Shown piece by piece: positions 9,352 to 16,739 of a stretch of 32,000 nt of DNA (position 1 is the stretch's first letter; each line of letters begins with the position of its first letter). The notes under the pieces were generated by a model. It searched no databases, had not been told where the DNA came from, and saw only the letters and a program-made list of their open reading frames with translations. The DNA comes from Ignicoccus pacificus DSM 13166 (GTDB taxonomy: Archaea > Thermoproteota > Thermoprotei_A > Sulfolobales > Ignicoccaceae). A program made the position numbers and the translations under genes. The stretch covers positions 1,110,001 to 1,142,000 of the forward strand of contig CP006868.1 of NCBI GenBank assembly GCA_025340205.1. Reading direction: 5' to 3'.

Positions 9352-9381
9352 CCTAACTCCCGAGTTAGGGTGACCTAACTC
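9352..9381. repeat. Alternating inverted repeats CCTAACTC / GAGTTAGG / CCTAACTC
   Basis: Copies at 9352-9359, 9362-9369 and 9374-9381, immediately upstream of the TDT gene start (9349). Confidence 0.75.
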
Positions 9382-9794
9382 TTTATGAATCTTTCTTCTA
9401 AGTTCTTTCCTCTTCCAAGTTAACCATTTCCATAGATCCTCATTGCTACTCTCGTTACTTCTTATTTACACTTCTCCATGAGCACACTTCAGAACATTTA
9501 TGGTCTCCTTTCTTCCCTTCACCTTGAGCTCTATTCGAATAAGCAACTTCAAAGTTCAATTAGCTTTATGATCAAGCAATTCTTTCCATTATCACATACA
9601 TGGGAACGCCGATGATAATGAACTCGTTCGTTTGACCATTAGTTTCAGTTAGATAATTCTAACTATTGGAAGTAGAGCAAAACTGTTCCCACGAAGGCTT
9701 AAGTATTCAGAGTTAATGAAGCAAGTAAATCAAGGCAATGGGAAAGGAATGGCTTATTAGCTAATGGAAGAACTAGTTAAATAGGAGGGTCACG
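9382..9794 (+). promoter_or_regulatory. Putative CRISPR leader
   Basis: About 410 bp AT-rich, ORF-poor sequence abutting the conserved end of the array. Repeat decay is at the opposite end and repeats end in GAAAG, both supporting left-to-right transcription. Confidence 0.65.
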
Positions 9795-11055
9795 GAAGAG
9801 TCACAATAGTGAATAGAAAGTTAGGGTTGAGCTGCACTCCGTTGATCTTGACCTTGGCACCGGAAGAGTCACAATAGTGAATAGAAAGTCAACACCGCCG
9901 CCGCTGACCCGTCGGTCAAAGATACCGAAGAGTCACAATAGTGAATAGAAAGACCTCGCTATGGCCCACCATAGGCATGGTGCTCTCGGCGGTATGAAGA
10001 GTCACAATAGTGAATAGAAAGTCGTTACAAGTACGGATGAATTTGTCGGAACTGTTGTTGTAAGAAGAGTCACAATAGTGAATAGAAAGGCTTTTAGGAA
10101 CTCTAATCCCTTCTTCCTCTTCAAGCTTGTCCCAGGAAGAGTCACAATAGTGAATAGAAAGCAAGGCTCAGCAGGGCGGTGCTGTGGTCGCACCACCCAG
10201 CACGAAGAGTCACAATAGTGAATAGAAAGTTTTCAGAAATTTTTGCGTTTTTGTGAGCGGTATGGAGCGAATTGAAGAGTCACAATAGTGAATAGAAAGA
10301 CGATAATTGTGAATGGAAATTCCTGGTCGAACGAGCGATGAAGAGTCACAATAGTGAATAGAAAGCTTCTTCACGTTCTTTATTCCGGCCGGCGGCCCTA
10401 TCGCGAAGAGTCACAATAGTGAATAGAAAGGCTCTGCACTCGCTTACCATTCTCATTACCATAGCGAGGACGTGAAGAGTCACAATAGTGAATAGAAAGG
10501 GACGATTCGCTTCGAAACTGCCCGGGCCCAGCTTTCCAATGAAGGAAGAGTCACAATAGTGAATAGAAAGCTAACCGCCTCCCAGCCGTGCCACGGGACG
10601 ACGTCGGGAAGGGCGTGAAGAGCCACAATAGTGAATAGAAAGCTATCGGCGAGTTCGTGAAGTACGTCAACGACATGATAGGAGAAGAGTCACAATAGTG
10701 AATAGAAAGGCTTAGATATAGGGTAGCGCAGATAGTGAGATTCGCATATGGGAAGAGTCACAATAGTGAATAGAAAGAAGCCGAGAATTTGTATCAGTCA
10801 AATGAATTATCCAAACATCAGGAAGAGTCACAATAGTGAATAGAAAGCACCTATCTATTTTATTATTTAGGTATTTAGGTTATGAAGGTGAGAAGAGTTA
10901 CAATAGTGAATAGAAAGAAGAGAACTATCAGTACGTGGACAAGCTTTACGACTTGAGCGGGAAGAGTTACAATAGTGAATAGAAAGTCCCGGCATTCTCA
11001 CGACGTCCTCGTAGATCGTTATCGCCCTTGGAGAGTTACAATAGTGAATAGAGTG
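9795..11055 (+). CRISPR. CRISPR array: 19 repeats of 26 nt, 18 spacers of 38-46 nt
   Basis: Consensus GAAGAGTCACAATAGTGAATAGAAAG starts at 9795, 9863, 9927, 9996, 10064, 10136, 10204, 10274, 10340, 10405, 10474, 10545, 10617 (T8C), 10684, 10752, 10822, 10892 (C9T), 10961 (C9T), 11030 (degenerate terminal copy). Flanking bases vary, fixing the repeat length at 26. Confidence 0.98.
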
Positions 11056-11159
11056 AATAGAATATCTTTCATTATTTAATGAGAATGATCCTAAATCGAT
11101 AGATTTATCACGTTTTATCTATAAGGATTAGAACCCTTGACGCTTCGAGCTAGACAGAG

Positions 11160-11684
11160 GTGACAGCAACTACGCTTTGCCCTGAACTCTCATTCAAAGA
11201 ATTCGACGCCTTGGAGGATTTACAAAGCGTAGCTAGGTCTTACTTGTACGTGGTCTTCAAAATTGAAGACATGGAGATTAAATTTGATTTGTTGAGATCA
11301 ATGAGACTAGCCTTTGAGAGGGTGCTCCAAGAATTCGGACTTAGAGAGAAACCCATTCTAGATAGTATAGAAGCCGGCGTTGTCGGAGCCTTAAGGGCCT
11401 TGTATCATGAGATATCTAAGAAGCTCTTTGGAATATATTCGGTAAAGGTAATAAATAGCAAGAAGAAGGGCAGGAGATTACAAATATCTTCCAAGGAAGG
11501 GACGGAGGAAGTAAAGCTAACCAAGGAAGAGCTCGAGGAACTGCTCAAAGTAATTGAAAACTATGACAAGTACTCATATAGGATAAACGAGAGCACAACT
11601 TCAGTAACCTATGAGCTACTCAATCCAAAGTTGATATATGAAGTCATAAAGTTAATATGTGAGAGAAGGGCAGGGGAGCTTTAA
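11160..11684 (+). CDS. Hypothetical protein adjacent to the CRISPR trailer end
   Basis: 174 aa, GTG start, charged helical composition; no family recognised. Confidence 0.6.
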   Translation: MTATTLCPELSFKEFDALEDLQSVARSYLYVVFKIEDMEIKFDLLRSMRLAFERVLQEFGLREKPILDSIEAGVVGALRALYHEISKKLFGIYSVKVINSKKKGRRLQISSKEGTEEVKLTKEELEELLKVIENYDKYSYRINESTTSVTYELLNPKLIYEVIKLICERRAGEL

Positions 11685-11722
11685 TTAAAACCTCCTAGTC
11701 CCAACCTCAAGGGGATCGGACT

Positions 11723-12241
11723 ATGGCGAAGCCTGCTAGGTGCTTCACGAAGAGGCATGCTAAGGCCTTCAGCGGCCCGCCCTACACCAGGAAGGAGTAC
11801 ATACACGGAGCTCCCATGCCCAAGGTAGTGAAGTGGGTAATGGGTAACCCTAAGGTTGAGGCCGACGTGGAGCTAAGGCTGGTCGCCTTAGAGAGGGCTC
11901 AGATAAGGCACAACGCCTTGGAAGCGGCGAGAGTTATGGTTCACAAGAACCTCTCCAGCGCTATAGGTGAGAGCAACTACGTCTTCATAATCAAGAGGTA
12001 TCCCCACCACGTGCTAAGGGAGCACAAGTTCATGGCCTTCGCCGGAGCGGACAGATTGCAAGAGGGTATGAGGCACGCCTTCGGAAAGCCCGTGGGACTG
12101 GCCGCTAGGGTCTACCCTGGCTATGACATCTTGGTGGTAAGGACCAAGAAGCAGTACGTCGACAAGGTCAAGGAGGTCTTGAAGATAGCTGCCTCCAAGA
12201 TGCCCATACCCTGTACCATCGAGATAAAGGAACTTAAGTAG
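11723..12241 (+). CDS. rpl10e: 50S ribosomal protein L10e (uL16)
   Basis: MAKPARCFTKRHAKAFSGPPYTRKEYIHGAPMPKVVKWVMGNP...ESNYVFIIKRYPHHVLREHKFMAFAGADRLQEGMRHAFGKPVG. Confidence 0.95.
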   Translation: MAKPARCFTKRHAKAFSGPPYTRKEYIHGAPMPKVVKWVMGNPKVEADVELRLVALERAQIRHNALEAARVMVHKNLSSAIGESNYVFIIKRYPHHVLREHKFMAFAGADRLQEGMRHAFGKPVGLAARVYPGYDILVVRTKKQYVDKVKEVLKIAASKMPIPCTIEIKELK

Positions 12242-12289
12242 CTACTTTTTAATACCTAATTCTCTTAGCTCTGTTAGAGGGAATGAAAG

Positions 12290-12376
12290 ATGGAGAGAAC
12301 GGAAGTTCAAGAAGAAAAGAAGGAGTTCATAGAGGTGAAGTATCCAAACAATCCCTACTGGGCAGCATCTTTGTAA
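12290..12376 (+). CDS. Possible small ORF (28 aa) upstream of the ATPase
   Basis: MERTEVQEEKKEFIEVKYPNNPYWAASL, with GAGGG about 9 nt upstream of ATG; below the ORF-track size cut-off. Confidence 0.3.
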   Translation: MERTEVQEEKKEFIEVKYPNNPYWAASL

Positions 12377-12410
12377 CGACTTTTAACACAATCCTTTACG
12401 GGTCAAGGGC

Positions 12411-13493
12411 ATGTATTTCACTGTCCTGGAAGCGGAGTTTAGAAACTTCAGGGGCCTTCAAGGGACAGTAAGGTTTGGAAAGGGGCTGAATTTAATCTTA
12501 GGTCCCAATAGTGCGGGAAAGACCACCCTCTTGGAAGCTGTGGCGTTTTCTCTCATACCTCATCTCTCCGAGGTAGCTGAGTTCGCAGACTTCCTAATGA
12601 TGATGGAGGCTTCAAGGGGTAGTGTAAGACATTCTTTCTCTTCAATGATTTCGGGAGAGGATGCCGAAGCGTGTTTGAAGATGAACACGCTAAGTGATGC
12701 CAAAAAGATTTGCATAAATTTAACAAAAAAGGAATATCTAATTAGTATACCAGGAGAATATGAAGGTGTAATGAAAAGGGTTGAGGTCATTGTAGAAAGT
12801 AGCAATGGAAATAGTATCCAATTCATCTTCGATAAAAGAGGATATGGATTTAGGGTAAAACACTCAAAAAGAGGACTTAGTGGAGGAATTGCAGTAATAC
12901 CAAGCGGGGTTCTTCCGTATAATAGGACTGAAGCCAGAATAGGTACATTAAAGAGGAAAAACCCAGATATCTTACAAAAATTTATCATTTCAATAGGAGA
13001 CAAGAAGTATTCTATAGACTTGGCAACTGATGAATGGGATGAAGCGTTAGTTATGGTTGTCGAGAAAGATAAACTTTATCCTTTCTATTCTATAGGAAAG
13101 GGGCTGCAAAGAGCTTTTCAAATCATGATCTTTGGTGCATTATATGATTTACTATTGATTGATGAGATAGAAAGCTCAATGCATCCAGAGCTCTTAGCCC
13201 ACATATCACTATACATCACCGAGCTTGCAAAAGAAAGACAAATTATAGTGACAACTCAGAGTTTAGAAGCATCTATGTTCTTGGCCTCGGCGGCTTTGGG
13301 CTTAAAACCGACTACGGATAGAGAACATATTTTAGAAAAGTTAGAAGAAACGGCCGAGGAACCCTTGTTCAACTTGATAATAATTGATACTTACGATGGA
13401 CGCATGAAATCGGCAACTCTTTCCGGTAAGAGTGCCATACGTAAACTTGTAGGTATGGATGACGTGAGATTGAGTTACAAGTTCTTGAGGTGA
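12411..13493 (+). CDS. OLD/RecF-like ABC-class AAA ATPase
   Basis: Walker A LGPNSAGKTTLLEA, Walker B LLLIDEIESSMHPELL followed by IIVTTQSLEASMFL; N-terminal EFRNFRGL typical of OLD/AAA_15/AAA_21 ATPases. Confidence 0.85.
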   Translation: MYFTVLEAEFRNFRGLQGTVRFGKGLNLILGPNSAGKTTLLEAVAFSLIPHLSEVAEFADFLMMMEASRGSVRHSFSSMISGEDAEACLKMNTLSDAKKICINLTKKEYLISIPGEYEGVMKRVEVIVESSNGNSIQFIFDKRGYGFRVKHSKRGLSGGIAVIPSGVLPYNRTEARIGTLKRKNPDILQKFIISIGDKKYSIDLATDEWDEALVMVVEKDKLYPFYSIGKGLQRAFQIMIFGALYDLLLIDEIESSMHPELLAHISLYITELAKERQIIVTTQSLEASMFLASAALGLKPTTDREHILEKLEETAEEPLFNLIIIDTYDGRMKSATLSGKSAIRKLVGMDDVRLSYKFLR

Positions 13494-13501
13494 ACTGATG
13501 A

Positions 13502-13957
13502 ATGAAAGTTATGGCTTACGTAGAAGGATGTCTAGATAAAGTGCTCTTAGAGCAATTACTTCGCAAATCTTGTAGAACGGATCAATACTATGTGGAGATT
13601 CAGATTACTGGTGGAGGAGAAGCTCCAATGAGACAAGCCCTCGACGAAATCTCAAATAATATAGGAAAATATGTTATCATAGCTATTGATTCTGATGACA
13701 TGCCTCGAGAAAAAGTGAAAACGTTCGAAAATATGCTTAGTGAAGCTGGCATTGAAATAATTAAAAAAGAGGAAATAGATAAAACAAACAAAACTATAAC
13801 GCTGTATAGAGTTAACGTCACGAAGGATTCGTCAGTAAATGTTATCCTCCTTCAATGGCATCCAACTGCGGAAGGAATACTGTGGAGAGCCTTGTACGAA
13901 TCGAAGGGATGCGAAGAAGTGTTACCTCCTAGATGTTGCGTAAACGAGATGTTCTAA
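13502..13957 (+). CDS. TOPRIM-like protein (DUF3226/OLD-TOPRIM type), partner of the upstream ATPase
   Basis: VEGCLDKVLLEQLL (conserved Glu), GGGEAPMRQALDEI, VIIAIDSDDMP (DxD) spacing of a TOPRIM fold; starts 8 bp after the ATPase stop. Confidence 0.6.
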   Translation: MKVMAYVEGCLDKVLLEQLLRKSCRTDQYYVEIQITGGGEAPMRQALDEISNNIGKYVIIAIDSDDMPREKVKTFENMLSEAGIEIIKKEEIDKTNKTITLYRVNVTKDSSVNVILLQWHPTAEGILWRALYESKGCEEVLPPRCCVNEMF

Positions 13958-13970
13958 AAAGTGTCCGAAA

Positions 13971-14177
13971 GTGTATGTGAAGATGGAAGTCATAGCGTTA
14001 ATGACTAGCTGCAGGGGAAAAGACACTTTAGTTCTTGCCAGTGGGGAGGGAAAGTGTGGTGTGGACTTAAGAGGAACACTTGAAGCGTTGGGTTCCTTTA
14101 AGACTAAGAGTCTAAGTACTTATGTCGACAATCTTAAAACTGCATGTAAGAAGCTTAAGCACAACTCCTCACTTTAA
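13971..14177 (+). CDS. Hypothetical small protein
   Basis: 68 aa ORF directly after the ATPase/TOPRIM pair; ATG at 13983 is an alternative start. Weak support. Confidence 0.35.
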   Translation: MYVKMEVIALMTSCRGKDTLVLASGEGKCGVDLRGTLEALGSFKTKSLSTYVDNLKTACKKLKHNSSL

Positions 14178-14212
14178 ATCATCCCTATCCTTCGGACCTC
14201 GGGTAGGAAGAG

Positions 14213-14737
14213 TTGAGCGACTTCAACGTTACGGTAGCCTGTTGGAGGGGTAAGGAGATAAAGGCAGAGGCGGAGTTGAGGAGCTACTGGGACAAGGAGT
14301 TCTACGTGGTCAGGAGGCAACCGAGCCTACTCATAATAAAGCACAAGGGAGATCCCTTTGAAGCCGTGAAGAAGCTAAAGGAGATGGTTGATCCTAGGTA
14401 TACCACCCTCCTCAAAGCCATACCTTACGACTACAGCGTTCCCGCAGACATCAATGAGGTGGTTAAGGCTGTTGAGAAGGCGGCCAAGAAGATCCCAGAG
14501 GGAGAGACCTTCAGGATAACCCTCCAAGGTCCCATATTCGAGCTGAGGGGAGACGACTGGGTGGAGTTGGATAGGGAGGAAGTGATTAGAAGAGTGGCTG
14601 AGGTCGTCAAGAGACCCGTTAACTTGACCCAACCCCAGTGGGTAGTTTACATCAAGAGCCTTCCTCTTAGAGGAATCCAACAAGCCGGAATAAGCGTTCA
14701 CAGACCGGAATGGATATTTACCGTCAAGCCCTATTGA
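14213..14737 (+). CDS. THUMP-domain protein
   Basis: 174 aa; FNVTVACWRGKEIKAEAELRSYW...GETFRITLQ...VNLTQPQWVVYIKSLPLRGIQQAGISV is a THUMP domain pattern. Confidence 0.75.
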   Translation: MSDFNVTVACWRGKEIKAEAELRSYWDKEFYVVRRQPSLLIIKHKGDPFEAVKKLKEMVDPRYTTLLKAIPYDYSVPADINEVVKAVEKAAKKIPEGETFRITLQGPIFELRGDDWVELDREEVIRRVAEVVKRPVNLTQPQWVVYIKSLPLRGIQQAGISVHRPEWIFTVKPY

Positions 14738-14738
14738 G

Positions 14739-15425
14739 GTGATTAAAATTTACTACGCCTTAAAGCCCCCAAACGGTACAAAGGCCTATGACTTCTGGTT
14801 GCTCAAGCAAGCTTCGAAGGCAAGGAAGTTCTATATGGGAACGTACTATATTCCATCAAAGAAGCTCTACGTTCCGGTGTTCAAGAGGATAGGAGGGGCC
14901 GATCCCAGAGCGTTCCTAGAGGTCAAGCCCTCTGAGCTGAGGAGCGCCTTCAAGATGGTGTGCATAGAGGGATGCGGCCAATGCTGTGAAAGGAACTCTA
15001 ATGCTAGGATAATGGAGTCCGAGGTCGAGCAGTTAGGGATAGAGCTTAGGAACAAGCCAAGTTACACCTTGAAGCTAATTGATGGTACAGAGGAGAAGAT
15101 ATACAGGTTGGATACTAGGAAGGGAGGTCAATGCGCCTTCTACAATCCTTCTAGGAAGAGATGCGTGTTGGGGAAGAAGAAGCCGATACTTTGCCTAATT
15201 CATTACTGCACAGCCTTTGCTGAAAGGGTAGAAGGGGGAAGGAAGAGGAAGTACGTGAAGGTCTCGAGCAAGTTCTTGCCAGAAGGAAGGGTCGAGATGG
15301 TCTTCGAGCCTGTTAGCGAGGAGGAGTGGGAGGAGATCAAAAAGATGGTAAGGAGAGGAACCAATGTTTGGAGGGCAGTAGCGGAGATCCTTAGGAGAAG
15401 GAACTTGCCGAAGGCAGAGTCTTAA
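14739..15425 (+). CDS. YkgJ-family cysteine cluster protein
   Basis: CIEGCGQCCERNSNARI...GQCAFYNPSRKRCVLGKKKPILCLIHYC. Confidence 0.8.
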   Translation: MIKIYYALKPPNGTKAYDFWLLKQASKARKFYMGTYYIPSKKLYVPVFKRIGGADPRAFLEVKPSELRSAFKMVCIEGCGQCCERNSNARIMESEVEQLGIELRNKPSYTLKLIDGTEEKIYRLDTRKGGQCAFYNPSRKRCVLGKKKPILCLIHYCTAFAERVEGGRKRKYVKVSSKFLPEGRVEMVFEPVSEEEWEEIKKMVRRGTNVWRAVAEILRRRNLPKAES

Positions 15426-15807
15426 CTCCCAAATTTTGTGTTATTTTCCTCTGCTTCTCGTCTAAGGTAACTAACGTAAAGCCGTGAGCCTCCGCTGTAG
15501 CTATGTAAAGCGAGTCGTAAACTGTTACCTTAAAGCTATCAGCAATACTGAACGCTCTATCCAAGTACTTTAATGAGGATAGCGTTTCCAGAAGGTCCCT
15601 CGCTTCTCTAAGTACAACTAAAGCGTATTCCTTTTCCTCGGAGTTTAAGTCTTTTAATATAGCTACGTGATTCCAAATGGTGTTGATCGTTTCAACGAAG
15701 GCTAGGTCTAAAGTGGAAGAAGGCAAGATCTGCAAAAGGTCCTTCCATCCCTTTTCCTTAAGACACAAGGCTGCTAGGGCCAAGGCGTCAAAGAGAGTCC
15801 CTTTCAT
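15391..15807 (-). CDS. vapC: PIN-domain ribonuclease toxin (VapC family)
   Basis: LFDALALAALCLKEKG...LDLAFVETINTIWNH...SFKVTVYDSLYIATAEAHGFTLVTLDEK; complete PIN acidic residue set. Confidence 0.75.
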   Translation of the reverse strand: MKGTLFDALALAALCLKEKGWKDLLQILPSSTLDLAFVETINTIWNHVAILKDLNSEEKEYALVVLREARDLLETLSSLKYLDRAFSIADSFKVTVYDSLYIATAEAHGFTLVTLDEKQRKITQNLGVKTLPSASSFS

Positions 15808-15810
15808 CTC

Positions 15811-15932
15811 TTATCTCCGAGCTCGCGAAGCCCTTTCCTTTTCCCTAACGTTCTCCAACAATTTTTCTATTCTTGATTTTTCATTTTCTCCTTCAATTCC
15901 TTCTTTATCCTTATTGAGAGGACGGCGCTCAA
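15811..15932 (-). pseudogene. vapB: Probable disrupted VapB antitoxin
   Basis: Frame from TTG 15932 reads MSAVLSIRIKKELKEKMKNQE* (ends 15867), a VapB-like N-terminus preceded by GGGAGG. The antitoxin-like C-terminus EKSRIEKLLENVREKERASRARR* lies in a different frame ending at 15811, 3 bp before vapC. Confidence 0.55.
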
Positions 15933-16092
15933 AAAGAAGCCTCCCTGTATGTAGGTGTATACGGTAGCATATAAAGAAGGGTTTGGGGATCCTGGCGAGT
16001 TTGCGAATGGTTAATTGACTTACCGATAAGTTTGACTGTCCTAAATAGTAGCCTATATTAATTTGGAGCATGAGTGTGTTCCGGGCGATCTA

Positions 16093-16725
16093 ATGAGGAA
16101 GCTGGCATTCCTAGTGATACTTGCCCTTTCTACCTTTGTCATGGCCCAAGCGTACACTCCAGCGTATCCATGTACCCTGTGCCACGCCGACATGAAAAAC
16201 CTAAACGGTAACGTTAAGATAGTGGACATACACAAGGTTGACTTGCTCAAGGGAGCTCACCAAGGCCTCTACTGTTCCAACTGTCACGATGTGAACAATC
16301 CCATGAAGCTAAAGAACGGTGCTATTGTAGTTCCCAAGAAGCTAGCGACCAAGCAGGATCTAATGAGCTACAACACCCTCTGTGCCCAGTGTCACCCCAG
16401 GACCTATGACGACTACATTCACCTAGCCCACGGCAACAAGACCTTCGTGTGTCCTCAGGGCAAGACCATACTGATAATAGGCTACAAGGGCTCTCCCTAC
16501 TGGTTCCACCAGTGTCCCGATTACAACGGCCACTTCGAGAGGAAGCCGGCTAGGGCTTGTGTGGAGTGCCACGATCCTCACGACCCCGTCAAGCTTCCGA
16601 ACAGCATAATGCCTCCGCCCTCCGACAGGCCCAAGCCCTATCCGCAGCCCATGATAGAGAAGACCACCATAATTTTGATGGCCTTAGCTGCCGCAGTTTC
16701 CATATTCGCCTATTTCAAGCCTTAA
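16093..16725 (+). CDS. Tetraheme c-type cytochrome, signal peptide and C-terminal TM
   Basis: MRKLAFLVILALSTFVMAQA leader; four CxxCH motifs (CTLCH, CSNCH, CAQCH, CVECH); TIILMALAAAVSIFAYFKP anchor. ORF track start is 16063. Confidence 0.85.
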   Translation: MRKLAFLVILALSTFVMAQAYTPAYPCTLCHADMKNLNGNVKIVDIHKVDLLKGAHQGLYCSNCHDVNNPMKLKNGAIVVPKKLATKQDLMSYNTLCAQCHPRTYDDYIHLAHGNKTFVCPQGKTILIIGYKGSPYWFHQCPDYNGHFERKPARACVECHDPHDPVKLPNSIMPPPSDRPKPYPQPMIEKTTIILMALAAAVSIFAYFKP

Positions 16726-16739
16726 GGGGGTGGTGAGTC

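Noticed and set aside
9384-9794. Hidden cas gene remnants in the leader region
   Set aside because: Only short frames with frequent stops were seen on the strand parts I translated; nothing resembling Cas proteins.
9916-10196. ORFs 9916-10164(-) and 10002-10196(-)
   Set aside because: They are translations of CRISPR repeats (repeated LFTIVTL strings) and spacers, not genes.
12283-12471. ORF 12283-12471(+)
   Set aside because: Overlaps the ATPase start and reads as a shifted frame; the 28-aa ORF at 12290 has better composition and ribosome-binding-site spacing.
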